Origin: Acidimicrobiia bacterium
GTDB lineage: Bacteria; Actinomycetota; Acidimicrobiia; Spongiisociales; ZC4RG35
NCBI GenBank assembly: GCA_050741975.1
Contig: JBOGET010000017.1
Coordinates: 14,456-78,455, forward strand
Length of the DNA: 64,000 nucleotides
Direction of reading: 5' to 3'
Positions 28,736 through 38,144 of the stretch are shown one piece after another. Made by a program: the position numbers and the translations under genes. The first letter of the stretch is position 1, and every line of letters begins with the position of its first letter. The notes beneath the pieces are model-generated. The model was not told where the DNA came from, did not search any database, and worked only from the letters and a program-made list of their open reading frames with translations.

Positions 28736-31021
28736 CTAAACCCCGGCCGCCTCCCCGGCGATGATCTCTTCCATCTCCTCGATGGTCATGAAGACGTCAC
28801 GGGCCTTGCTTCCCTGTGATGGGCCGACCACGCCACGACTCTCCAGGATGTCCATGACCCGGCCGGCCCGGGCGAAGCCGATGCGAAGCTTTCGTTGCAG
28901 CATCGAGGTCGAGCCGAGCTCGCTGCGCACCACCAGGTCCATGGCCTGGCGGACCAGGGCCTCCTCCTCCTCGTCGACCTCCTCCGCCTGCGCCGCCGCG
29001 GCCGCGGCGGCCGCCACGAGGACCTCCTGGTCCTCGTACTTGGCGTCCTGCTGCTTGCGCACCCAGTCGACGACGGCGTGGATCTCGCTCTCCCGGACCC
29101 AGGCGCCCTGGATCCGGTGCGGGCGAGGCTCCTTGGCCGTCACCACCAGCATGTCGCCCATACCGATCAGCTTCTCGGCCCCGGAGCCGTCGATGATGAC
29201 CCGGCTGTCGGTCTGCGAGGCCACGCTGAAGGCGAGCCGGGTCGGAATGTTGGCCTTGATCACCCCGGTGATGACGTCGACCGAGGGTCGCTGGGTCGCG
29301 ATCACCAGATGGATGCCGACCGCCCTGGCCATCTGGGCGATACGCACGATCGAATCCTCCACCTCGCGCCCCGCCACCAGCATCAGATCGTTCAGCTCGT
29401 CGATGAGGATCACGATGTAGGGGAAACGGTCGAAGCCATCGGGGTCGAGCCCACCGCCGTCCCATTTGGCCCGATACCCCTCGATGTCGCGAACCTTGGC
29501 GTCGGCGAGGAGGTCGTAACGCCGGTCCATCTCGGCCACGGCCCATTTCAGGGCGTCGTTGGCCTTCTTCGGGTTGGTTATGACCCTGGTGAGGAGATGG
29601 GGCACCCCGTTGTACTGGCCCAGCTCGACCCGCTTCGGGTCGACCATGATCAACCGGACATCGTCGGGATGGGTCCTCATCAGCAACGAGGTGACGATGG
29701 AGTTGATGCACGACGACTTGCCGGCCCCGGTCGCCCCGGCAATGAGGACATGGGGCAGCTCGGAGAGGTTGAGCAGCTTGGGCTGACCCGAGATGTCCAT
29801 GCCGAGGCCCACGGTCAGGGGATTGGCCTCGACGGCGGCCTCGGCACTGGAGAGGATGTCGCCCAGGGACACGAGACGTCGTTTGGTGTTGGGCACCTCG
29901 ACCCCGATGGCTGACTTGCCCGGGATCGGCACCAGGATCCGCACGTCGGGCGTGGCCAGGGCATAGGCGATGTCATGGGAGAGACTCGAGACCCGGTTGA
30001 CCTTCACCCCGGGAGCCAGCTCGATCTCGTACCTGGTCACGGTTGGCCCGGGGACGATCTTGGTCAGGGTGGCGTCGACCCCGTGCTGGACCAGGGTTTC
30101 CTCCAGCTGGCGGGCGGTGTCCTCGAGGGCCCGCCGGTTGATCTCACCCCCGGTGCCCTCGTCGAGCAGGCTCAGCGGCGGGAGCTTGTATCCGCCAGTG
30201 GCCGGGTCGGCGGTCTTGGCCACCGGGGCCGGACCGGGGGAAGGCTTGACCGCCTCCTTCGGTTTCTCCGGCCTGGGCCGCGACGCTTTCGGTCTCTCAT
30301 GGCGGCCCCGGTTCGACGGGGGGGGCTTGGCGACCCGATCGGAGACGTGCGCCGCCCGATCCATGCGGGCACCCACCACTGCGGAAGATGCCAGCTTGCG
30401 AGTGGACCTGAACAGGTCGGCGATGCCCGACGCCAGCTCACGGACACTTGTCTGGGTCATGATGAGCACGCCCATCCCCATGGCCGAGGCCAGGACCACG
30501 AAGGCCCCCCACATCCCCAGGATGCGTCGCAGGGGGAAGGCGATGAGCGACCCGACCGCCCCGCCCCGCTCTTCGACCAGGTCGATGCTCGGGGCAAGGG
30601 CCACCGCCCCGGTCATGAGGTGGAACAGAGCGAGGGAGCCGATGAAGGTCACGATGCCACCGGCCACCAGACGCTTGGCCCCGTCCTTGGGCTTGCCGAC
30701 GATCATGGCCACGCCGATCCCGGCCAGGGCCACGGGAAGGGCGAATCTCCACAGCCCGAACAGGAAACGGCTTCCACCGGCCATTCCCCTGCCGACCGGG
30801 CCGGCCAGATCGACGAAGGCGAGCAGCACGAGAACCCCGAGCACGACGAGGATCAAACCCCAGATGTCGTCGGTCTGACGGCCAAGTGTGTTGCGCACGG
30901 AGCCGCGGACCGCCACCAGCTTCTGGCGGAGCGTGCTCCTGGGCGCTGCTTTCTTCTTCCTGGTTGTGGACACCCGTCTCCGCCCGGAGGGACCCTTCCG
31001 GGTGGGTGTCCTGGTTCCCAT
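28736..31021 (-). CDS. ftsK: DNA translocase FtsK/SpoIIIE
   Basis: N-terminal TM segments, a Pro-rich linker, an AAA+ motor (IAGATGAGKS, DELNDL) and a gamma domain. Start is ATG 31021 or TTG 31036. Confidence 0.9.
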   Translation of the reverse strand: MGTRTPTRKGPSGRRRVSTTRKKKAAPRSTLRQKLVAVRGSVRNTLGRQTDDIWGLILVVLGVLVLLAFVDLAGPVGRGMAGGSRFLFGLWRFALPVALAGIGVAMIVGKPKDGAKRLVAGGIVTFIGSLALFHLMTGAVALAPSIDLVEERGGAVGSLIAFPLRRILGMWGAFVVLASAMGMGVLIMTQTSVRELASGIADLFRSTRKLASSAVVGARMDRAAHVSDRVAKPPPSNRGRHERPKASRPRPEKPKEAVKPSPGPAPVAKTADPATGGYKLPPLSLLDEGTGGEINRRALEDTARQLEETLVQHGVDATLTKIVPGPTVTRYEIELAPGVKVNRVSSLSHDIAYALATPDVRILVPIPGKSAIGVEVPNTKRRLVSLGDILSSAEAAVEANPLTVGLGMDISGQPKLLNLSELPHVLIAGATGAGKSSCINSIVTSLLMRTHPDDVRLIMVDPKRVELGQYNGVPHLLTRVITNPKKANDALKWAVAEMDRRYDLLADAKVRDIEGYRAKWDGGGLDPDGFDRFPYIVILIDELNDLMLVAGREVEDSIVRIAQMARAVGIHLVIATQRPSVDVITGVIKANIPTRLAFSVASQTDSRVIIDGSGAEKLIGMGDMLVVTAKEPRPHRIQGAWVRESEIHAVVDWVRKQQDAKYEDQEVLVAAAAAAAAQAEEVDEEEEALVRQAMDLVVRSELGSTSMLQRKLRIGFARAGRVMDILESRGVVGPSQGSKARDVFMTIEEMEEIIAGEAAGV

Positions 31022-31132
31022 GTGTAAGGGAAACAATACATGGGTGTCGGGCCTGGTCGTGGAATGTGGGATTGCGACGAACTCGAGACAGTTCGGCCCA
31101 CATATGGGCCGCAGAACCTCAGCTTCGCTGTT

Positions 31133-32767
31133 TCACAGCTCCATCACCACGGGGACGACGACCGGGCGGCGTGCGGTCTCGGCGCGGATGACGCGGCCAA
31201 CGGCCTGACGGATGGTCTTTTGGAGCTCACCCATGTCGGAGCGGCCCGTGGCGTGCTCGCCTATGGCCCCGATGACGGCCTCTGCCGCCTTGGCCAGGAC
31301 CGTGCTGGGGTCGTCCATCATCCCGTGACTGTCCATGTCCGGGCCGTAGACCACCTGACCGGTGTCGTGGTCGATGCCGACGGTGACGACCACCACCCCC
31401 TCGTCGGCGAGATGGGAACGGTCGCGTAGCACGGCCGGCTGCACGTCACCTACGGCCGAGCCGTCGAGGTAGACATAGCCGGCGGGCACCGCCCTCCGCT
31501 GCACCTGGGTCTTCTTCCCGTTGAGGATCACCCGGTCGCCATCCTCGAGCACATCGACATGAGGCACGCCCATGCTGCGGGCCAGCTCGGCATGGGCGTG
31601 GAGATGCCGGTACTCGCCATGGACCGGGACGAAGGCCTGGGGGCGCACCAGGTTGAGGAAGGTGAGGAGCTCGTCCCGATTGGCGTGACCCGAGACATGG
31701 ATTGGTGCGTTGGTCCCGTGCACCACCTTGGCCCCCCTCCGCATGAGGTTGGATATCACCTTGGACACCGCCGACTCGTTGCCGGGAATCGGCTTGGCGG
31801 AGATGAGCACGGTGTCGCCCTGCCCCAGCTCGACGAACTTGTGCCTCCCCTGCGACATCAGGGAAAGGGCCGCGAAGGGCTCGCCCTGGCTCCCGGTGGT
31901 GATCAGGAGCTGTTGGCCGGGGGGCAGCTCGGCCAGCTCCTTGATGTCGAGCACCGACTTCTGAGGCACGTCGAGGGCCTTCAGATCGGAGGCTATGGCC
32001 GTGTTGCGATGCATCGAGCGGCCGAAGAAGGCGACCTTGCGCCCGTTCTTGATCCCGGCATCGGCGATCTGCTGTATGCGATGGATATGGGAGGCGAAGC
32101 AGGCGGCGATGACCCGTCCCGGCGCATCACGGATGACGTCGGCGATCGGCTGGCCGACCGAGCTCTCGGAGGGCTCGAAACCCGGCTTCTCCGCATTGGT
32201 CGAGTCGGCGAGCAGCAGACGCACCCCGCGCCGGCCCAGGGTGGCAAAGGCCGGAAGGTCGGTGGGCACCCCGTCGATGGGGGTCGAGTCCAGCTTGAAG
32301 TCGCCCGAGTGGAGGATCACACCTTCCGATGTCTCCAGCGCGACTGCCGTGGCCTCGGGCACGGAGTGGCTGACCGGGATGAGCTGGAAGCGGAAGGGCC
32401 CGTGGTCCATCCAGTTCATGACGGCGACGTGACGCAGATCGGCCTCGACCCCCGTCTCATCGATCCGGGCCCGGGCCAGCTCGACGGTGAGCCTCGTCCC
32501 GTAGACCGGTACGTTCACGTCCTTGAGGAAGTAGGACAGGGCGCCGGTATGGTCCTCGTGGCCGTGGGTGAGGATCACACATGCCACATCCGATGCCCTC
32601 TCCACCAGCCAGGACCAGTCGGGGAAGACCAGATCGATGCCGAGCATGTCCTCCTCGGGGAACATCAGCCCACAGTCGATGAGCGCGATCTTCCCCTCGA
32701 TCTCGACCGCGGCACAATTGCGCCCGATCTCGCCGAGACCACCGAGAAAGGTGACGGAGACGCTCAC
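31133..32767 (-). CDS. rnj: ribonuclease J
   Basis: Beta-CASP MBL (ILTHGHEDHTGAL). 544 aa. The GTG start overlaps the dapA stop. Confidence 0.9.
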   Translation of the reverse strand: MSVSVTFLGGLGEIGRNCAAVEIEGKIALIDCGLMFPEEDMLGIDLVFPDWSWLVERASDVACVILTHGHEDHTGALSYFLKDVNVPVYGTRLTVELARARIDETGVEADLRHVAVMNWMDHGPFRFQLIPVSHSVPEATAVALETSEGVILHSGDFKLDSTPIDGVPTDLPAFATLGRRGVRLLLADSTNAEKPGFEPSESSVGQPIADVIRDAPGRVIAACFASHIHRIQQIADAGIKNGRKVAFFGRSMHRNTAIASDLKALDVPQKSVLDIKELAELPPGQQLLITTGSQGEPFAALSLMSQGRHKFVELGQGDTVLISAKPIPGNESAVSKVISNLMRRGAKVVHGTNAPIHVSGHANRDELLTFLNLVRPQAFVPVHGEYRHLHAHAELARSMGVPHVDVLEDGDRVILNGKKTQVQRRAVPAGYVYLDGSAVGDVQPAVLRDRSHLADEGVVVVTVGIDHDTGQVVYGPDMDSHGMMDDPSTVLAKAAEAVIGAIGEHATGRSDMGELQKTIRQAVGRVIRAETARRPVVVPVVMEL

Positions 32768-33657
32768 AGACCCTGGATGGCACCGACGGCCTTCTCGACC
32801 GCGACCAGTGTCTCCTCGGACGCCCTGACCAGGGGAAGACGCACGTCGCCCACCGGCTCCCAGAGCCGGTCCATGGAGCCCTTCACCGGAGTCGGGTTGG
32901 TCTCGAGGAAGCAGGCCTCGCAGAGAGGAAGCAGCAGATGGTGGAGACGACGCGCCTCGTCGACGTCACCGGCCAGGGCGGCCCCGACCATGGCCGCCAC
33001 CACCCTCCCGGCGAGATGGGCGATCACCGACACCACACCGACCGCTCCCACCGCCATCATCGGCCAGGTGTGGGAGTCCTGGCCCGAATAGACGGGGAAG
33101 CCCGGTATCCGGTTCACCGTCTTGGCGGTGAAGTCGACGTTCTCGACTGCATCCTTGATGGCGACGATGTTCTCGTGCTCGGCCACCCGGGCCAGCGTCT
33201 CGATCTCGATGAGCAGCCCGGTCCGTCCCGGGATGTTGTACAACATCACCGGGACCCCGACGTCGGCGATGGCGGTGAAGTGCGCCACCAGCCCCGCCTG
33301 ACTCGGCTTGTTGTAATAAGGGGTCACGGCCAGCACCCCGTCGACTCCGAGGACGCCTGCCTTCTCGCTGAGCTCGACCGATTCGGCCGTGTTGTAGTTG
33401 CCGGTCCCGGCGATCACGAAGGTGTCCTTGCCGGCGACCGCGTCGACAACCGTCTTGTAGAGCGCCAGCTTTTCCATGTTGGTCAAGGTGGGTGACTCGC
33501 CTGTGGTCCCGGTCACGACGAGTGCATCGCTCCCGTTGTCGGACAAATAGCGGGCCAGACGCCATGACTTCTCGTGGTCGACCTCACCCGATGCGGTGAA
33601 AGGGGTGATCATGGCGGTGGCCACATGGCCGAACGGCGCCGTTGGCAGAGAGCTCAC
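32764..33657 (-). CDS. dapA: 4-hydroxy-tetrahydrodipicolinate synthase
   Basis: TAMITPF, VVTGTTGESPTL and YNIPGRTG motifs. 297 aa. Confidence 0.9.
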   Translation of the reverse strand: MSSLPTAPFGHVATAMITPFTASGEVDHEKSWRLARYLSDNGSDALVVTGTTGESPTLTNMEKLALYKTVVDAVAGKDTFVIAGTGNYNTAESVELSEKAGVLGVDGVLAVTPYYNKPSQAGLVAHFTAIADVGVPVMLYNIPGRTGLLIEIETLARVAEHENIVAIKDAVENVDFTAKTVNRIPGFPVYSGQDSHTWPMMAVGAVGVVSVIAHLAGRVVAAMVGAALAGDVDEARRLHHLLLPLCEACFLETNPTPVKGSMDRLWEPVGDVRLPLVRASEETLVAVEKAVGAIQGL

Positions 33658-33694
33658 GGACCCAGGTTACCGATCGATCCACTAGAACACCCGC

Positions 33695-35185
33695 ATGGAG
33701 CTCCGTCTGCCCGCCCCGTGCCTGGTCGTCCTCATCGGGCCGTCGGGCTCGGGCAAGAGCACCTGGGCCGCTCGCACCTTTCACGACACCGAGATCGTCG
33801 GCTCGGACCGTCTCCGCGGGATGGTTGGCGCCGGCGAGGACGATCAGCAGGCGGGAACGGCCGCCTTCGCCCTCCTGGAGCAGATCGTCGCCGAGCGCAT
33901 GACACGGAAGCTGACCACCGTCATCGACACTCTCGGCTTCGACCAGGAGAGCCGCCGGCGTTGGGTAGGGCTCGCACACCGGGCCGGGCTTCCTGTCTTC
34001 GCCGTCCTCTTCACCACGCCCGACGACGAGACCCGTCGCCGGAACTCGGAACGTCCCCGCCCCGTCCCCAAGACCGTCCTCGAGCGACAACTCAGCCGAT
34101 TCGGGGCCGTCCGGGCGGAGATCGGCGAGGATGGGTTCGACCAGGTCACGAGTGAACAACCACTTGCACTGGTCGCGCCCGACATCGCCGCCGCCGGGAG
34201 CAGGGCGATCGAGAAGCCCCGGGCCAAATCGGGCGGGCACAGCTTCGGTCTGGTGGTCAATCGCTTCGACTGGGAAGCCGACCGGGGCAGGCTGGCGTCA
34301 CGGCTCACCTCGCTGGCACAAAGAGCCGAAAGAGCCGGTTTTCGCGATATCTGGGTGATGGACCACTTCCGACAGATCCCGCAGGTGGGGCGGGAGTGGG
34401 AGGACATGCCCGAGGCCTACACCACACTCTCCTATCTGGCGGGGGTGACGGCCGCCATCCGACTCGGGGCTCTGGTGACAGCGATCGGCCATCGGCACCC
34501 TGTGGTCCTGGGCCGGATGGTGGCGACACTCGACGTACTCTCCGGGGGACGGGTCAACCTGGGCCTCGGGCTTGGCTGGGACCGGAGGGAGCACGAGGGC
34601 TACGGGATCCCCTTTCCTCCCACTGCGGCAAGGTACGAGCTGCTCGAGGACACTCTCCGCATGCTCCCGCTTCTCTGGGGCAAGGGCTCGCCGTCATTCA
34701 CCGGGTCGGCGTTCTCCGCCCCCGAGCTGACCTGTTACCCGCGCCCGCTCCAGGAGCGGATCCCGATCCTCATCGGGGGCTCCGGGGAGAGGAGGACCCT
34801 CCGGCTGGTCGCCCGCTATGCCGACGCCTGCAATCTCTTCGGGCGGCCCGACGTGATCCGGCGCAAGGTCGAGGTGCTGCGGGGTCATTGCGCCGAGATC
34901 GAGCGCAACCCGGACGAGATCGAGGTCACACATCTGGTGGACGTGATGACCGGACCCGACCGAAAGACGCTGCGTGAGCGCGTGGAGTGGCTGCGGGGGC
35001 GGAACGTCTCCGCGGACGTCTTCATGGCGAAGCACAACGCGGGAACCGTCGAGGACCAGCTCGATCACTTCGCCGCCTACCACGAGGCCGGCGCCGGGCA
35101 CTCGATGGTCGTCATGCCCGACGTGCATCTCGAAGGGAGCATCGAGACATTCGGCGAAGTAATCGCAAACCTGGCCCCCACTTAG
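33695..35185 (+). CDS. Fusion protein: N-terminal Pnkp-type polynucleotide-kinase-like P-loop domain + C-terminal LLM-class (luciferase-like, F420-type) oxidoreductase
   Basis: One uninterrupted 496-codon ORF. Residues about 1-160 (LVVLIGPSGSGKSTWAARTF...SDRLRGMV...DDQ...TTVIDTLGF) resemble bacterial Pnkp kinase / AAA_33. Residues about 185-496 (RDIWVMDHF...RVNLGLGLGW...ILIGGSGERRTLRLVARYADACNLFG) are LLM-like. Confidence 0.7.
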   Translation: MELRLPAPCLVVLIGPSGSGKSTWAARTFHDTEIVGSDRLRGMVGAGEDDQQAGTAAFALLEQIVAERMTRKLTTVIDTLGFDQESRRRWVGLAHRAGLPVFAVLFTTPDDETRRRNSERPRPVPKTVLERQLSRFGAVRAEIGEDGFDQVTSEQPLALVAPDIAAAGSRAIEKPRAKSGGHSFGLVVNRFDWEADRGRLASRLTSLAQRAERAGFRDIWVMDHFRQIPQVGREWEDMPEAYTTLSYLAGVTAAIRLGALVTAIGHRHPVVLGRMVATLDVLSGGRVNLGLGLGWDRREHEGYGIPFPPTAARYELLEDTLRMLPLLWGKGSPSFTGSAFSAPELTCYPRPLQERIPILIGGSGERRTLRLVARYADACNLFGRPDVIRRKVEVLRGHCAEIERNPDEIEVTHLVDVMTGPDRKTLRERVEWLRGRNVSADVFMAKHNAGTVEDQLDHFAAYHEAGAGHSMVVMPDVHLEGSIETFGEVIANLAPT

Positions 35186-35194
35186 ACTCGTCCC

Positions 35195-35779
35195 ATGGCT
35201 GCAACATCGACGATGCTCCCGCTCGGCACAAAGGCCCCCGATTTCACCCTGACCGACGTAGTGACCGGCAAGGAGGTGTCGCGGCACGACTTCGATGGGG
35301 AGAAGGGACTGTTGGTGATGTTCATATGCAATCACTGCCCGTACGTCCAACACGTGCGTGACGAGTTGGCTCGCTTCGGGATGGATTACCAGGACATCGA
35401 TCTCGGGATCGTCGCCATCTCCTCGAACGACCCCGACCAGTACCCGGAGGACGGCCCGGAGGCGATGAAGAAGGAGGCCGAGACACACGGTTACAGCTTC
35501 CCGTTTCTCTTCGACGCCGACCAGAGCGTGGCCGTGGCCTACACCGCCATATGCACCCCGGACTTCTTCCTCTTCGACTCCGACCATGAGCTCGTCTACC
35601 GGGGGCGCTTCGACGAGACACGCCCCAACATGGGAGTCCCCGCCAGCGGGGCGGATCTGCGGGCGGCGGCCAACGCAGTCTTGGCGGGCCAACCGGTGAG
35701 CGAAGAGCAATGGCCCTCCATGGGCTGCTCGATCAAGTGGAAGCCGGGCAACGCCCCGGCCTACTTCGGAGCCGCCTGA
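35195..35779 (+). CDS. thioredoxin-fold protein (AhpC/TSA-like, CxxC)
   Basis: FICNHCPYV redox motif. 194 aa. Confidence 0.75.
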   Translation: MAATSTMLPLGTKAPDFTLTDVVTGKEVSRHDFDGEKGLLVMFICNHCPYVQHVRDELARFGMDYQDIDLGIVAISSNDPDQYPEDGPEAMKKEAETHGYSFPFLFDADQSVAVAYTAICTPDFFLFDSDHELVYRGRFDETRPNMGVPASGADLRAAANAVLAGQPVSEEQWPSMGCSIKWKPGNAPAYFGAA

Positions 35780-35804
35780 CCCGGGTACCTGAGTAGCGTC
35801 GTCT

Positions 35805-35839
35805 CTCCCCCCAGCGAGCGAAGCGAGCCTTGGGGGGAG
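35805..35839 (+). terminator. Terminator-like hairpin CTCCCCCCA-N17-TGGGGGGAG
   Basis: 9-bp perfect stem about 25 nt after the stop at 35779. No clear U-tract. Confidence 0.4.
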
Positions 35840-35902
35840 TCCCGGCTAAGACGGGGAGGGGGGCTTTAATGGCGCTGATCGAACAAGAAAGAGAGGGCCC
35901 TC

Positions 35903-36412
35903 GTGGCCAAGGAATACCCAGCACCCCCCGACCTCACCGTCGACCTCGACAAGGGGTACACCGCCACCCTGGACACCAACCATGGTGAGATCGAGATCGC
36001 CCTCGATCCGGCCAGGTCACCGTTGACCGTCAACAACTTCATCTTCCTCGCCCGTGACGGCTACTACGACGGAGTCATCTTCCATCGGGTCATCGAGAAC
36101 TTCATGATCCAGGGCGGCGATCCGACCGGCACCGGGACGGGTGGGCCGGGCTACAAGTTCCGGGACGAGATCGAAGGGGCCGGCACCTACAGCCGAGGCA
36201 CCGTGGCCATGGCCAACGCCGGGCCCAACACGAATGGCTCCCAGTTCTTCATCTGCCACACCGACGTCGGGCTCCCTCACTCGTACACCATCTTCGGCAA
36301 GGTGTCGTCGGGCATGGACGCGGTGGACTCGATCGCCACCACCTCCACCGATCGCAACGATCGGCCCGAGGACGAGGTCGTGATGAACAAGGTGACCATC
36401 AGCGAGACCTGA
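35903..36412 (+). CDS. peptidyl-prolyl cis-trans isomerase, cyclophilin type
   Basis: FHRVIENFMIQGGDPTGTG and MANAGPNTNGSQFFI motifs. 169 aa. Confidence 0.9.
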   Translation: MAKEYPAPPDLTVDLDKGYTATLDTNHGEIEIALDPARSPLTVNNFIFLARDGYYDGVIFHRVIENFMIQGGDPTGTGTGGPGYKFRDEIEGAGTYSRGTVAMANAGPNTNGSQFFICHTDVGLPHSYTIFGKVSSGMDAVDSIATTSTDRNDRPEDEVVMNKVTISET

Positions 36413-36585
36413 CAGCAATCGCGCACACAATCGGACGAATTCCACTACCGTTCCGGCCGCTGCTTCGGCGGCGACTCGTTGGCTTCCCGTCCTGCATTTG
36501 CGACCGGATTGAGCGCAGGGTCGTACCGGACAACATGGCGAAGGGCCGCCAAGAGGCTCTTCATTAGAAAGGATGACGGGACGTC

Positions 36586-36849
36586 ATGAACATCTATGTG
36601 GGGAACCTCCCCTTCAACACCACCGCCGCCGATCTGGAGGCCCTGTTCGGCGAGTACGGGCAGGTGGACTCTGCCGCAATCATCAATGATCGGGAGACCG
36701 GTCGTTCCCGTGGCTTCGGGTTCGTCGAGATGGCCAACGACGCCGGCGCTAAAGCGATCGAAGAGCTCGATGGCGCCGACTACAACGGTCGCAATCTGAA
36801 GGTCAACGAGGCAAGGCCGCGCGAGGAGCGTCCCCGCCGCGGGCGCTGA
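36586..36849 (+). CDS. RRM-type RNA-binding protein
   Basis: RNP-2 (NIYVGNL) and RNP-1 (RGFGFVEM) motifs with an Arg-rich tail. 87 aa. Confidence 0.85.
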   Translation: MNIYVGNLPFNTTAADLEALFGEYGQVDSAAIINDRETGRSRGFGFVEMANDAGAKAIEELDGADYNGRNLKVNEARPREERPRRGR

Positions 36850-37644
36850 TCAGCCCGACCGCTCCCGGTGAAGGTGTCGCCCCGCCACGGGGCGATGTGC
36901 GGGGTCGTCGATGAAGAGACGCTCCCCTTCGACGTGGAGCAGGTTCGGGCCGTAGGCCGCGGTCAGATTCTCGAGGGTCAGCACCTCTTCCGGCGCGCCC
37001 CAGGCGACGACACGCCCGGAGAGGAGAACGACATGGTCGGCGACCTGTGCCTCAGCCAGGTCGTGGGTGGTCAGGACGATGGTGCACCCGGTCTGGGTCT
37101 CGTCGTGGATCACCTCGTCGATGGCCTGCGCCGAGGTCAGGTCGAGACCGGTCAACGGCTCGTCCAGGAGGAGGATCTCGTGCTCCTGGGCCAGACCCTG
37201 GGCGACGAGCACCCGCTGCCGCTGACCCCCTGACAGCTCACGGAGATGGCGCCCTGCCAGGTCGGCGATCCCCATCCGCGTCATGGCGTCCTCCACCGCC
37301 GCCTGGTCTTCGGCATCGAGCCGGCGGTGGGGCTTCGACGTCGCATATCTCCCCATGGAGACCACTTCCCGAACCGTCACCGGCAGCGTGTCATTGACCT
37401 TTGTGCTTTGCAAGACGAACGAGATTCTCTGCGGCGAGCCGCCCACCTCGCTGACATCGATGGACCCGGCGGCAGGCTCGATGAGCCCGGCGATGGCCCC
37501 GAGCAGAGTGGACTTACCCGAGCCGTTGGGGCCGATCAGGACTGTGATCCCCCCGAGCGGCAGCTCGAATGACGAGGTGTCGACGGCGATCTTCGGCCCG
37601 TAGGCGAGCGCCAAACCCTCGGCCCGGACGGCCGCCGGTCTCAT
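36850..37644 (-). CDS. metal (Zn/Mn-type) ABC transporter ATP-binding protein
   Basis: GPNGSGKSTLL Walker A, LSGGQRQR signature, LLLDEP Walker B. ATG 37644 overlaps the fur-family gene stop. The upstream extension of ORF 36850..37824 was discarded. Confidence 0.85.
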   Translation of the reverse strand: MRPAAVRAEGLALAYGPKIAVDTSSFELPLGGITVLIGPNGSGKSTLLGAIAGLIEPAAGSIDVSEVGGSPQRISFVLQSTKVNDTLPVTVREVVSMGRYATSKPHRRLDAEDQAAVEDAMTRMGIADLAGRHLRELSGGQRQRVLVAQGLAQEHEILLLDEPLTGLDLTSAQAIDEVIHDETQTGCTIVLTTHDLAEAQVADHVVLLSGRVVAWGAPEEVLTLENLTAAYGPNLLHVEGERLFIDDPAHRPVAGRHLHRERSG

Positions 37645-38075
37645 GCACACCTCGAACAACGGCCGTCGACCTCGAGGGAGTGCCCGCTGGCGGAGAAGCT
37701 CGACAAACCGGAGACCTGGCCGACCAGACGCTCCAGTTGAACCTCGTACCGCCGGGGCAGGGCGATGTCCTCGACGGCACCACAGTCGATGCACACCAGG
37801 TGATGGTGGTGACCGGCGAGCCACTCGGCGATCTCGTACCTGGTGACCCCCTTGGCGCCATGATGTGGCTCGACCACACCGGCCTCATCGAGCACGGCAA
37901 GCGTTCGATAGACAGACGAGAGTGGGACCTTCCCCGCCAGCCCCTGATGAAGCTCGGCGGCCGACATCGGCCCGTCGGCGCGCTCCAGAGCCGCAACCAC
38001 CCGACGGCGCCCCCCGGTATAACGAACGCCGGCCTCTGTGAGACGCTCCTCGACCTGTCGATCCTGAATTGACAC
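37641..38075 (-). CDS. Fur-family metalloregulator (Zur/Mur-like)
   Basis: wHTH (RRRVVAALERADGPMSAAELH) plus HHHH..C..C and CSRC metal sites. Start placed at GTG 38075, downstream of the Fur box. ATG 38144 or 38117 would include the operator. Confidence 0.8.
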   Translation of the reverse strand: MSIQDRQVEERLTEAGVRYTGGRRRVVAALERADGPMSAAELHQGLAGKVPLSSVYRTLAVLDEAGVVEPHHGAKGVTRYEIAEWLAGHHHHLVCIDCGAVEDIALPRRYEVQLERLVGQVSGLSSFSASGHSLEVDGRCSRCA

Positions 38076-38102
38076 GATTCGGGACCTTCCGATAACCTGA
38101 GT

Positions 38103-38121
38103 GATAATGATTCTCATTATA
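38103..38121. promoter_or_regulatory. Fur-family operator GATAATGATTCTCATTATA
   Basis: Contains the 7-3-7 palindrome ATAATGA-TTC-TCATTAT. It matches 16/19 positions of the classical Fur box GATAATGATAATCATTATC. It lies between the divergent fur-ABC ATPase operon and the SBP-permease operon. Confidence 0.75.
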
Positions 38122-38144
38122 GACTCGGGAGCGAGGTAGGGCAA

